Positions 52,486 to 63,264 are shown, numbered from the stretch's first letter. The stretch: 64,000 bases of DNA from an uncultured cyanobacterium (GCA_963740315.1 CAVUDP010000002.1:1792001-1856000), one strand, 5' to 3'. The notes: a model not told the origin generated them from the sequence alone. A program made the numbers and translations.

Positions 52486-53769
52486 TTAAAACTTTTCAGG
52501 TGCTGTTGTAGCAGCAGCAAGAAAATCGCCACCCATAGTATGACCCGAACCCCGAACTACAAATTTATAACTGGTTAATTCCTGTAATCCCATAGGTCCG
52601 CGAGCGTGCAATTTTCCAGTCGCAATACCAATTTCAGCCCCCATACCTAAAGTATCGCCATCGCAGAACATTGTAGAAGCGTTTACCAATACCACCGCAG
52701 AATCAACTAGATCGACAAACTGTTCGGCTCGACTTTGACTATCGGTAACGATCGCGTCGGTATGATGCGAACCAAATTGATTAATATGGGAAATTGCTTC
52801 ATCTACATTGTCTACCATCCGAATCGACACCTTAAGGTCAAGATACTCCGTCGTCCAATCTTCTTCTGTTGCTGCTTCAACTTCAGGAACGCTATTGCGA
52901 ACCCTAGCGCAACCTTTTACCTCTACGTGATTATCTTGAAATGCTTTGATAATTGTATTTAGCTGCGGTTCAAAAGAACGATGAATTAATAGAGTTTCCA
53001 TCGCATTACAAACAGATGGCATCAAACACTTTGAATCTAAGGCAATTTCTAAAGCTTGATGCAAATCGGCTGCTCGATCAATATAGACATGACAAACACC
53101 GTTGTAGTGTTTCAAGACCGGAATTTGAGAATTTTTACTAACTGTTTCGATTAATTTTGTTCCACCACGAGGAATCACCAAATCGATAAAATTATCAAGC
53201 TGTAATAACTGATTAATTTCTTCGTGAGAACCACTTACTACCTGTATCGTCTCAGTAGGTAAACCCGCATCAGCTAAAGCAGTCTCCCACAATTCTCCTA
53301 ATTTTTGATTGCAGGTTTTCGCTTCCGAACCTCCCCGCAAAATAGCAGCATTTCCTGACTTCAAACAAAACGATCCTGCATTAACGGTGACATGAGGACG
53401 AGCCTCGTAAATCATCAAAATCACCCCTAAAGGAACTCGCATCCGACAAGCCTTAAGTCCGTTAGAACTTGTTATCGGCTCGAATAACTGTCCCACAGGA
53501 TCTGGTAAATTGGCAATTTTGTGTAGCGCTGCAATACGAGAATTAATTTTGGCATCAGACCATTGCAACCGAGCAATTAAATTCTCTGGCAGATTATTTT
53601 TTTTAGCTGCACTTACATCAGCTTGATTCGCAGCGACAATATCCCTACGATGAGTATCTAACAGTTTTGCCATTTTCAACAGAACTGCGTTTTTTTGTTC
53701 CGTTGGTGTATTAGCAATAATAGATGCACACTTTTTTGCAGATTGAGCGATGTTTTTAATTGTATTCAT
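52486..53769 (-). CDS. proA: Gamma-glutamyl phosphate reductase (glutamate-5-semialdehyde dehydrogenase)
   Basis: VPLGVI.MIYEARP, LRGGSEA, IPRGG, CNAMETLL catalytic Cys, GSHHTDAI, GAEIGIATGKLHARGPMGL. Confidence 0.95.
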   Translation of the reverse strand: MNTIKNIAQSAKKCASIIANTPTEQKNAVLLKMAKLLDTHRRDIVAANQADVSAAKKNNLPENLIARLQWSDAKINSRIAALHKIANLPDPVGQLFEPITSSNGLKACRMRVPLGVILMIYEARPHVTVNAGSFCLKSGNAAILRGGSEAKTCNQKLGELWETALADAGLPTETIQVVSGSHEEINQLLQLDNFIDLVIPRGGTKLIETVSKNSQIPVLKHYNGVCHVYIDRAADLHQALEIALDSKCLMPSVCNAMETLLIHRSFEPQLNTIIKAFQDNHVEVKGCARVRNSVPEVEAATEEDWTTEYLDLKVSIRMVDNVDEAISHINQFGSHHTDAIVTDSQSRAEQFVDLVDSAVVLVNASTMFCDGDTLGMGAEIGIATGKLHARGPMGLQELTSYKFVVRGSGHTMGGDFLAAATTAPEKF

Positions 53770-53776
53770 AGTTTTG

Positions 53777-53805
53777 AATCAGTTAATCTTATGTTAAAAC
53801 TGATT
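53777..53805. promoter_or_regulatory. Inverted repeat immediately upstream of proA
   Basis: AATCAGTT-N13-AACTGATT. Confidence 0.3.
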
Positions 53806-54261
53806 AATTTTTTCGCTTTCAATGATTTAAGAGCATATTTGGAAAGTCTATGAGCAAATACAATTTGTTCGAGTTTATAAACATAACTTTGGTAACTCTT
53901 ACAAATAAATCATCTTTTAATTACTTAATTTTTTAAGTATCATCTTTTGAAACAATTCCCAAGTATTTTATAATCACTTAACATTTGCTGTTTCTCTTCG
54001 CAAATAAATATAAAAAGCATGAAAATTAGGATAAATAAAAAAATAAAAAGTATCAGAAATAGTCTAGGCTTTAAAACCCATATTCTGCACCCTTAAGCCT
54101 CAAACATAGATTAGTGTTTGTAAAAGTCATTTAAAATAAGATTGTAACACCACATTGTAAAAAAATGATAGGTTTATTATTTGCAATAAGACCTATCGAA
54201 GATATCACTTAATTTTAACAGTTCACTGTATGTCCCTCCGAGACACGCTGAGCTAACGCTG

Positions 54262-55384
54262 TTAATTAATATCTCGTCTTACTCTTTCCCAGTTATTAGC
54301 TTCTTTAATTTGCTGTTCGGTGAAATTTTTAGTTTGTGAAAAGTCAGCTATATCCAAGTCAGCATCTTTGAAATTAGTTCCTTTGAGATTGGCTCTCGAA
54401 AGGTTTGCTCCTTGAAGATTAGCGTTTTCTAAGTTGCTTTCTTCAAGGTTAGCTGCTTCTAAATTCGCTCTATAAAGGTCTGCAAATTGTAGCATTGCCG
54501 ATTCTTAAGTCTGCTAATTTTAAGTTGGCTTTTTGTAAATCGGCTTTTTGCAAATTAGCTCCAACTAACTTAGCTGATTGAAGATTGGCTCTGTAAAGGT
54601 AAGCTACTTGTAAATCTGCTCGATGCAAATCTGCTCTGTAAAAAAGCGACTCGGAGATTAGCATCCAATAAATCGGCTTCGTCAATATGACTGAATCGTA
54701 AGTCTGCTGCTTCTAAGTCTGCTGCTTTAAGATTCGCTTTACGAAGGTTTGCTTTTTGCAAATTCGCTCTTGTTAGTTTCGCGCAACTTAGATCGGCTTT
54801 TTCTAAGTTCGCTTCTTCAAAGTTCGTAACTACAACTTCTTCAGATTCAATTAATTCTGTTAAATCCGCTGCAATAAAATTAGCTTCTTTCAAATTAGCT
54901 TTATAAAAGTTAGCTCCTTGAAGGTTGGCTTCTTGAAAAATTGCAGCTTCTAGATTTGCTTCTTGAAAATTAGCTTTGGCTTCCGTGAGATTAGCCTGTT
55001 CCATTACAGCTTCCCAAAGATTTGCTTGTTCTAAATTGGCTCCCTGTAAATTGGCTCCTTGAAGATTTGCTGATTTGAGATTTGCTGCTTTTAAAATAGC
55101 TCCCCGCAGGTCAGTTTCTATCAAGTTTGCCTTATACAAAATAGCTTCCATTAAGTTTGCTTCTTGCAAGTCGTATTTACTTAAATTACGACCTTCTAAT
55201 GGTTGATTTACTATTTGCCAAACTAGTCTCCACTTATCTTCAATTTGTGTATCACTGTTAATTTGACAAAAGTAGCTCCTTCAAGGTTGGCATTAGTAAA
55301 ATCTGCTTTTCGCAAGTCTTTATGGTCGAAGTTTTCAAAAGCTTTATCTTGACCTTTAAAAGATAGGGAATTTTCGTCGTACAT
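54262..55384 (-). pseudogene. Pentapeptide-repeat protein broken by about three frameshifts
   Basis: ATG 55384 (MYDENSLSFKGQDK...ANLEGA). A(D/N)L repeats continue across frames at about 55270, 54660 and 54495 (track ORFs 54570-55169, 54470-54685, 54262-54495). Confidence 0.85.
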
Positions 55385-55641
55385 ATCTCAGTAATAGATG
55401 AGCCTACACCGAAAATTTTGATACATAATCCCAATTAAATCAGCCTACCTTGAATACAAATAAGGTAAATGGGTATTGGGCATCGAGAATAAAAAGTTAG
55501 GAGTTAAAAGCTAGGAATTTTCTTCCCCCTCTTCCCCCTCTCCCCCTCTCTTTACAAAAACCGCAAAATAGCCCTTGTCAACCTCTATTAACTAAACGTA
55601 ACAAAAATGTTGATTTTATTTACATAGGTTAATAAAACAAT

Positions 55642-55909
55642 ACTAAATTAGCTGGCGCTGATTTAACAGGCGTTAACGAAGGCTAACTCCAATCTTGCTG
55701 GCGCTAATCTCACGGGTGCAATTTTAAGTTCTTCAGATTTGTATAAAGTTAATTTAAGCAAAGCTATTTTAGCTAGAGTTGATATCAGCAATACACATCT
55801 GGCTGGTGTCAACTTAAAGCAAGCAGAATTATATAATGCTAAAATCAGCGAGAGTAATTTATCTTCTTCACTTGAAAGAATTTGCTTAGATAACTGTGGT
55901 TTAGAGTAA
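55642..55909 (+). pseudogene. Pentapeptide-repeat gene remnant
   Basis: TKLAGADLTG, then SNLAGANLTGAILSSSDLYKVNLSKAILARVDISNTHLAGVNLKQAELYNAKI in another frame; no start codon. Confidence 0.7.
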
Positions 55910-56013
55910 ATTACTAACTTTCATATTATCAGGAGTAATCTTTGTGCAAAATGGCTTCTTAATTGTCGCTGACGAAAAGACTTTTGAGGTAATTATTAGC
56001 AGCGATCCAACAA

Positions 56014-58038
56014 ATGAATATAACAAGGCAATCTCTATTACACAATTTACTGCTTACCAACAAATTTTTACGTCCTCAAATTTATTTTAAAGCTTCCTTA
56101 ACTGCATTATCTCATGCTATGGAAGACTTGGTAATAGTAGGAAACGAGGAACCCTTAGTAATTGCTAACTTTCAGCGAGAACGTTTTTATCGTCAAGAAA
56201 CTCGTCGCTATAATCGAATCGCAAAACGCAGCGATCAAGTTTACATCATGGCTGCACCAGATTCTAACTTGGTAGCAACTTCAACTCCTTACATGGTAAT
56301 TCCTTTCGACCCAAATGATGATTTTTTAGCTCAAGAATGGCATTTAATTGTTATCGCTCAAAAATACTCTGCCTGTATAGTTTGTCGAGAATTTTCTACT
56401 CCAGTGGAAGGAGTATCTTTTGATGAATTAAGACAATTCAAAGGTATTTGGACGTTTGAGCGTGAGGTGAGTAAAACAGCAGCTGTTTTGTTGTTAGACC
56501 GGATTTTAGATTATCAACCGCAATTAGCAGATAAAGTAGAAATAGCAAAGCAACGTTACGATCTTAAATCTGAGAATAAACTTCAAACAGCCTCACACCA
56601 AGTTTTAGAAATTGATGCCCGACTTTTTACAAGTCGCTTAGTAAATTATTTACAAACAAGCCAATATAAACAGCTAAACTCTTATCGCACGATTCTTCAA
56701 AAAGAAAACTTTGAAAGATTGATCAATAGGGTAACGACTTTTATTCGTAATTCTTTAAATCCAGAAGAAATTCTTAATAGCACCGTTACAGAATTAGGTC
56801 AAGTTTTTAGTCCTTGTCGCTGTATTTTTTATAATTATCCAGACTCAGAGCAACCGACATCAATTAATTATGAATGGGTAGCCGATGTATTTCCTTCTAT
56901 GAAAGGAGAAAATTGGGTAACGGCAAATCATTCGCTGTTTCAAGCTGCTTTAAATCAAAATAGAGTTATTGCCATTACCGACATTACACAAGATTTAGGT
57001 ATTCAAGCCCATCCTGAATTAAGTGAAAAATTTCAACAATGGCAAATTCGTTCGTGTTTATTAATTCCAATTCGCTATCAACAAACTTGGCTGGGCATTT
57101 TAGAAATTCATCATTGTGGCAATCAACCTTATATTTGGAATGATTCGGAACGAACTTTTGTAGAAGCAATTGCCACTCAAGTTGCAGTTGCTTTAATGCA
57201 AGCTCAAGCTTATCGTAACTTAGAAAATCTTAACCGCCGATTGGCAGACTTGGAACGTACCCAAAGTAATTTAATAGCTATTGTAGGACATGAATTACGG
57301 ACTCCCTTATCTACCATTCAAATCTGTTTGGAGACTTTAACCTTAGAGGAAAATATACCCTTAGATGTCCAGCAGATAATGTTAGATACTGCATTAGGAG
57401 ATTCCGAACGTATGGGAAGATTAATTGGCGATTTTCTCACGCTTTCAAAACTCGAAGCCAATACAGTGCGATCGCAAATTGAAGCAGCTTCGTTACAAGA
57501 AAGCTTGAGTTTAGTTTTGGGTAGTTTTTCCAAGCGTAGTTTATCTGAAAAATTACCCCAGATTATTGTAGAGTTACCTGCTGATTTACCTTTAGTACTA
57601 GCCCAAAGAGAAAGACTTATAGAAGTATTTGCTAAACTTTTAGACAACGCTTGTAAATTTACTCCTCCTGAAGGCAAAATAACAATTTGTGCTTTAACTC
57701 CGACAATTGCTGAATCTTCAATTAACTCCGAATACGAACCAGAAAAATCTCTCCCGAACCTATTAGAAATCATTATTAAAGATACAGGTAGAGGAATCGA
57801 ACGGGAGCAGTTAGAAAGAATTTTTCAACGCTTCTATCAAGAAGAAAACTTTTTACAACGTACAATCGGCGGTACCGGATTAGGTTTAGCAATTTGCCGT
57901 CAAATAATTCAAAAATTAGGCGGACAAATTTGGGCTGTATCAAATGGAAAGAATCAAGGTAGCGAATTTCATTTCACGGTACCTATTGCATCATCAGATA
58001 TGAATTACTATTTAAATATGACAGAAATTATTTCTTAG
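56014..58038 (+). CDS. DICT-GAF sensor histidine kinase (Hik2/CSK-like)
   Basis: YFKASLTALSHAMED and ANFQRERFY (DICT), GAF, GHELRTP, LLDNACKFT, GGTGLGL. Confidence 0.92.
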   Translation: MNITRQSLLHNLLLTNKFLRPQIYFKASLTALSHAMEDLVIVGNEEPLVIANFQRERFYRQETRRYNRIAKRSDQVYIMAAPDSNLVATSTPYMVIPFDPNDDFLAQEWHLIVIAQKYSACIVCREFSTPVEGVSFDELRQFKGIWTFEREVSKTAAVLLLDRILDYQPQLADKVEIAKQRYDLKSENKLQTASHQVLEIDARLFTSRLVNYLQTSQYKQLNSYRTILQKENFERLINRVTTFIRNSLNPEEILNSTVTELGQVFSPCRCIFYNYPDSEQPTSINYEWVADVFPSMKGENWVTANHSLFQAALNQNRVIAITDITQDLGIQAHPELSEKFQQWQIRSCLLIPIRYQQTWLGILEIHHCGNQPYIWNDSERTFVEAIATQVAVALMQAQAYRNLENLNRRLADLERTQSNLIAIVGHELRTPLSTIQICLETLTLEENIPLDVQQIMLDTALGDSERMGRLIGDFLTLSKLEANTVRSQIEAASLQESLSLVLGSFSKRSLSEKLPQIIVELPADLPLVLAQRERLIEVFAKLLDNACKFTPPEGKITICALTPTIAESSINSEYEPEKSLPNLLEIIIKDTGRGIEREQLERIFQRFYQEENFLQRTIGGTGLGLAICRQIIQKLGGQIWAVSNGKNQGSEFHFTVPIASSDMNYYLNMTEIIS

Positions 58039-58205
58039 GGAGGATAAAAATTTTCACTTTATCGCAATTTCCCCTCCCAGTCTGACTTTAGCAAAACTTA
58101 AATTATTTTTAACTTTTACTTCTCTCGACAGCTATCAAAAGGGTGATGTCTAATTTCGTTGTATTAGATACAATTTAAAGACATTGAGAGCCAAGGAGTA
58201 AATTA

Positions 58206-59345
58206 GTGGTGCTATCAAAAGGTTTTGAGATTGAGATGTATACTGGTACGCCTCACGGTGACATCGTTGGTCTTTCTGACAAAATTACTTCTGCTTTAGA
58301 AGGGTTTATGCGGGAACCGGATAGCCGCAATGTTGAATACGTTACCGCTCCATTTGATGATTACGAACGGCTTTTATGTGGCTTAGTATGCCCTCGTTTA
58401 AAGTTAAGAAAATATCTTCAACAATTAGGCGATTATACTCTAATCCCCGGAAGTACTTTGTCTTTAGGAGGAAGCGAGAACTTTTTCCGTTCCGACCCAA
58501 ATAATTCTTATCACGATTACATAGAAAAAACCTACGGTACCAAAGTAGTCACCGCTAGCGTTCATATTAATGTAGGCATCAGCGACCCCGAAATATTGAT
58601 GCGGGCTTGTCGCATTATACGCTTAGAAGCACCTTTATATCTTGCTTTAAGCGCTTCATCTCCCTTCTTAGATGGTAAAGCTACCGGATATCACTCTACC
58701 CGTTGGGGTGTTTTTCCACAAACTCCCTCATCTGTGCCTTTATTTGCAAGCCACGCCCATCACATTGATTGGGTAAAACAACAGTTAGCCCAAGGCACAA
58801 TGCAAAACGTGCGACATTTATGGACATCGGTTCGACCAAATGGCGATCGCCGTCCTTATGATTTAAATCGTCTGGAGTTGAGAATTTGCGATTTAGTCAC
58901 AGATCCAATTGCATTATTAGCGATTACAGCTTTGTTAGAAGCGCGTTTGTTGCAAGTAATTAATAATCCTAATATTGACCCGATCGTAAAAAGTAGCTTT
59001 ACGAGCGAAGAACTAATCGCGATTACAGCTCAAAACGAAGCTGCTAGTGCAACATCAAGCTTAGATGCTCAACTAATTCACTGGTTGGATGGAAGAACCA
59101 TTACAGCTAGAGATTGGATTAACGAACTTTACCAACCAGCAGCAACCATAGCCAAACAACATGGCTTCGGATGTTTCCTCTCACCACTGCAAAAAATCCT
59201 TCGTGAGGGCAATCAAGCTCAGCGGTGGCTGCAACTTCATGGCTTAGGCGTTAGCAGTCGTAATGTAATTACCCAGGCGATCGATTCAATTAAAGAACGA
59301 GAATTAGAACTTGAGGATAAATTGTGTTCCCCCTCAGTGGCTTGA
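58206..59345 (+). CDS. gshA: Cyanobacterial glutamate--cysteine ligase
   Basis: LSKGFEIEMYTG, REPDSRNVEY, SVHIN, RPNG..RPYDLNRLELRICD; AAGGAG RBS. Confidence 0.95.
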   Translation: MVLSKGFEIEMYTGTPHGDIVGLSDKITSALEGFMREPDSRNVEYVTAPFDDYERLLCGLVCPRLKLRKYLQQLGDYTLIPGSTLSLGGSENFFRSDPNNSYHDYIEKTYGTKVVTASVHINVGISDPEILMRACRIIRLEAPLYLALSASSPFLDGKATGYHSTRWGVFPQTPSSVPLFASHAHHIDWVKQQLAQGTMQNVRHLWTSVRPNGDRRPYDLNRLELRICDLVTDPIALLAITALLEARLLQVINNPNIDPIVKSSFTSEELIAITAQNEAASATSSLDAQLIHWLDGRTITARDWINELYQPAATIAKQHGFGCFLSPLQKILREGNQAQRWLQLHGLGVSSRNVITQAIDSIKERELELEDKLCSPSVA

Positions 59346-59605
59346 GCTTGCTGTTTCAATCTTCATAAAAATGGTATATTTTGCCAGAAAAATAAAAACT
59401 TTCCTTCTCAAAACTTTATATTTTTTTCACATTTCCTTTAAAGAATCTTCATATAAGGGTCTTATAGAGTCTATTGGGGGTTTAATTTTTGTTATAGATT
59501 GTTATAGATTGTTAACCATTAATAAAAACTATATGTGTCTTCTATCGTAAGATAGTTTTGAAAAAACGAATACATTGTTTTTTTTTACACTCTTGCTCGA
59601 TCGCT

Positions 59606-60070
59606 ATGCCACAAATAGTTTTAGTTTATCCGCAAATTCCTCCTAACACGGGTAATATTGCTCGTACTTGTGCAGCTACAGGTACCGAATTGCACTTAGT
59701 TGCTCCTTTAGGATTTGAAATCAGCGATCGCTATCTAAAGCGGGCGGGTTTGGATTATTGGCCTTATGTAGATATGCACTATCACGAATCCTTAGAAGCA
59801 TTCAAAGCCGTACATCAGCAGCGTGGAGGTAGATTGCTAGGATTTAGCGTTAGAGGTAATTTAAACTACGCTACTTTTGAATATGAAGCTACTGACTGGT
59901 TATTATTTGGCAGTGAAACTCAGGGTTTGCCAACCGAGGTTTTATCTTATAGCGATGCAACCCTTTATATACCCATGAAAGAACCTAACGTTCGCAGCTT
60001 GAATCTTTCTGTAAGCGTTGCTGTGAGTCTGTTTGAAGCTCGGCGTAAGTTAGGGTACTTAACAAATTAA
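59606..60070 (+). CDS. trmL: tRNA (cytidine(34)-2'-O)-methyltransferase
   Basis: PQIPPNTGNIARTC, RAGLDYW, FGSETQGLP, RSLNLS (SPOUT). Confidence 0.95.
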   Translation: MPQIVLVYPQIPPNTGNIARTCAATGTELHLVAPLGFEISDRYLKRAGLDYWPYVDMHYHESLEAFKAVHQQRGGRLLGFSVRGNLNYATFEYEATDWLLFGSETQGLPTEVLSYSDATLYIPMKEPNVRSLNLSVSVAVSLFEARRKLGYLTN

Positions 60071-60904
60071 ACGTCTTAAATTTAGTGAACTATCGAAATA
60101 AGGTATGTTACGGCAGTATTTATGCTTGGCATAAAAATCAAACATTAATTTGATTCAATCTTTCATAGAGTAAATACTTACAAAAAATATTTTTAAATGT
60201 GATAAGCACTACTTATTTTCGATTGATTATATTGTAGATAGTGAAAAATACTTACGTATGAAGCTAATTTAATATAAGAAATTTGTATATATAATTTGAG
60301 CTTTTACCCAAATTGAACCATAGATTTTTGTTAATCATAATTGTCCCGATAATCGGCTTTATACGGGGTAAAGTTTGTCATAACAAGCAGTTTAGCTTTT
60401 GTTACATTTTTTCAAACCTTTATGAAGCGTAAAAGTACTTGCGAGTAAATACGGTTGTACTTTAGGGAAAAATCAACGTAAAGTCTCGGTTGGGAAGGAT
60501 GGAATATGGCGCAAACAAAAATATCTACAGCAACAGATATGCCGATTCCAGAAACTCTTGCCTTAACCGTGAGCAAGAATCCAAACATCAAGCTTTATTG
60601 TAGTTTTTATTTATAAAGTTTAATGTTTTCTTGAGACAGAGGTAAATGTTCCATATGGTTCCATATATCTGTATCAAGGGAAACAAAATTTGGGTGTGGG
60701 CAGTAGAACAGAGAAGTAAGCACAAAAGTTTAAATTTTACTAGTACAGTGTTAACTTGTCTAAAACAGAGAACCGGGTTAATCTTGCCTAAGTATCTCTG
60801 GTAAATGTGATCTCGATCAATTATTCTGGTGATTCAAATCATTGAATATTATCGGATTAAAAAATCGAGATCGGTTAAGCGCTAGTGATCATAGGAGGTC
60901 GTCT

Positions 60905-62956
60905 TTGAAACGAGCATTAAAGAAGAAAATGAAAGCTGTGTTAGAAAGTAACATTAACAATAATGATGATGCTTCGATAGAGCACAGTAGCTTCGTTACT
61001 CCAGAGTTGAAGCGTCGAATGCCTAAAGCCGCGATGATTGGCTTGGCAATTTCGATGGGAGCAACCAGCCTTTTCGTGACTCGACAAAGCGATCGAGCCC
61101 TTGCAGCAGAGCCTGTAGGCAATGAATTTACTGCCTCCACAATTCCTGCTGGATTTGATGAAGTGAAGTTTGCTCCCACACAAAAGCAATCAATAAGCGC
61201 CATCTCCCAAGAGATTAGGCCTAAAAATTTTGCCGTAGTGGAACCCAAAGCAATCTCACAAATAAAAGGGCTTGGAGCTAAATGGCAAGTTGCCTCTAGT
61301 CTGAAGTCTGCTCGGTTTGGAACACAAACACCAAGCGAAAGTGTAACTGCGGCTAACAATAATACAATTTACTCCGCACCGCAAGTGGTCGAACAACAGG
61401 TTTTTCCTGAAGCTAGCACCACCGCAAAGCGGACGAATAGTAACAGCTTTGTAACCTCTCCACAAATGGTGGATGGCTTCGAGGTTCCAACAACTGTTAA
61501 TACTCAGCTTGAAGCTCAACAAAAGTTTGCACTCAATCGCTTAAAGCAAAAATCGAACCGCTTGAAAGCAAGTCTTAATAAGTTGCGTTCGACTCCCGTT
61601 GAAAGCGTCAAGCCACCACAAGCGAACGCGCAGTCGGTGGATCGAGTTGAAGAAATATCAACTATTAATGCTAAGAAAACTGCTAGCCAAGCCAAACTTG
61701 TATCCAGATTAAAGCAGAATACTGCTGTTGAGCCGGTACAAGAAGCAGTAACAGTACCAACACCAGTTACCCCAACTGTAGAAGCACCAAGAGCTATAGC
61801 TGCGGCGCACCTTGTTAAGTCTGGAGATACCCTAGCCAGAATTGCTGACAATTACGGCTCTTCAGTCTCCGAAATGGCTAAGGCAAATCATTTGTCTAAC
61901 CCCAATCAACTAAAAGTAAATCAACAACTAATTGTTCCTGTTGCTCAAAACAGCAGCAATTTAGTAACAATTAATTCAAGTAATACGGATTCTTCGACTA
62001 GCAACAACGCTTTTACTACTGTTGATAGCGACCAGAAAACTGTAAATTCTTTTGGTGTCGGTGGCGATACCCCCGTACCTTCTGTATTTACAGAAATGCA
62101 GGTTGCTGACAGACGTAATAATTTAGCGAAAAAGGTTTCTAGAAATGAGCGTCTTCGCAAATTAAAAGAAGAAATCGAAAGATTGCGAGAAAAATATCGC
62201 ACTCAACAGTCTGGAGTAGTTGTACCAAATGCAAATCCAAACAGCGATTCAGTAGAAGTACCCCGCGATCGGTCAGCTTCTATACCTATTCCTGTTACCA
62301 AACCTTTAACAGGCAAGGCTTCGGTACCACCAATTCGCGTAGCTAGACCAAATACAGCAGCAGTACCGATTCCCGTTCCTACACCAAATCAAGACATTAA
62401 CCCCAATTTCTCTCGCCGCAACAGGGGTGTTAGAGTAGCAACGCCTCCTGCAAGCTTCAGTGGTCGTTCTCAATCTTCCTCGGTTGTAAAAACAACAGTA
62501 TCTCCAGGGCTACCGCCATTGGCAGCAGTTGATAGATACTTACCTAGACCTATTGACGAGTCAACAGCACCTGCAAAAGGTTATCAATGGCCCGCAAAAG
62601 GTGTTTTTACCTCTGGCTTCGGTCCTCGTTGGGGAAGAATGCATAAAGGAATTGACATCGCTGCTCCCACAGGTACTCCCATTCATGCAGCCGCTGATGG
62701 TGTAGTTGTATCTGCTGGTTGGAACCGTGGTGGTTATGGCAAACTAGTTGATATTCGTCATCCCGATGGTACCTTGACTCGTTACGCTCATAACAGCAAA
62801 ATCATAGTCAGCAAAGGTCAGCGCGTTGAGCAAGGACAGAAGATTTCTTTAATGGGTAGCACTGGTTTCAGTACTGGTCCCCACCTGCATTTTGAAATCC
62901 GTAAAGGTGGCACAAAAGCCGTTAATCCTATAGCTTTCCTTCCGTCTCGTAAATAA
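60905..62956 (+). CDS. LysM + M23 metallopeptidase (NlpD-like)
   Basis: LysM (VKSGDTLARIA), HKGID, YAH, STGPHLHFE; AGGAGG RBS before TTG 60905. Confidence 0.92.
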   Translation: MKRALKKKMKAVLESNINNNDDASIEHSSFVTPELKRRMPKAAMIGLAISMGATSLFVTRQSDRALAAEPVGNEFTASTIPAGFDEVKFAPTQKQSISAISQEIRPKNFAVVEPKAISQIKGLGAKWQVASSLKSARFGTQTPSESVTAANNNTIYSAPQVVEQQVFPEASTTAKRTNSNSFVTSPQMVDGFEVPTTVNTQLEAQQKFALNRLKQKSNRLKASLNKLRSTPVESVKPPQANAQSVDRVEEISTINAKKTASQAKLVSRLKQNTAVEPVQEAVTVPTPVTPTVEAPRAIAAAHLVKSGDTLARIADNYGSSVSEMAKANHLSNPNQLKVNQQLIVPVAQNSSNLVTINSSNTDSSTSNNAFTTVDSDQKTVNSFGVGGDTPVPSVFTEMQVADRRNNLAKKVSRNERLRKLKEEIERLREKYRTQQSGVVVPNANPNSDSVEVPRDRSASIPIPVTKPLTGKASVPPIRVARPNTAAVPIPVPTPNQDINPNFSRRNRGVRVATPPASFSGRSQSSSVVKTTVSPGLPPLAAVDRYLPRPIDESTAPAKGYQWPAKGVFTSGFGPRWGRMHKGIDIAAPTGTPIHAAADGVVVSAGWNRGGYGKLVDIRHPDGTLTRYAHNSKIIVSKGQRVEQGQKISLMGSTGFSTGPHLHFEIRKGGTKAVNPIAFLPSRK

Positions 62957-62997
62957 TTTGTGTTTGAGTAGCATCCTTATAATCGCCTTGGAAGGTT

Positions 62998-63020
62998 GAG
63001 GGAGTATGTCTCCCTCTTTT
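62998..63020 (+). terminator. Intrinsic terminator
   Basis: GAGGGAG-TATGT-CTCCCTC followed by TTTT. Confidence 0.6.
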
Positions 63021-63190
63021 GCTTTTTTCGTAATTGATAGATAATCGGTATATGCCCCCGCCTCACGGCAAATAGAGTCTCGGAAATTGAATTCCCAATT
63101 ATCTACTAAAAATCTACAAAAAAAATTAATTAGCGACCGATGCTTGGCAAGATTTTATTTATATGATAAATTTATAATTGAATAAAATCT

Positions 63191-63264
63191 GGCTCAGTAG
63201 CTCAGTTGGTTAGAGTAGGGGACTCATAAGCCCTTGGTCGTGCGTTCGAGTCGCACCTGAGCCA
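63191..63264 (+). tRNA. trnM: tRNA-Met (CAT), elongator type
   Basis: Acceptor stem GGCTCAG/CTGAGCC, D-loop AGTTGGTTA, anticodon loop CTCATAA, T-loop TTCGAGT; paired G1-C72 argues against fMet; CCA not encoded. Confidence 0.93.

Noticed and set aside
60168..60452. Repeated GAGTAAATAC motif upstream of the M23 peptidase as a regulator site
   Set aside because: Only two exact copies in very AT-rich DNA; no factor can be assigned
63191..63264. tRNA as fMet or Ile2, or as an island attachment site
   Set aside because: The paired 1-72 position and overall sequence fit elongator Met; I saw no duplicate 3' end or integrase in the window
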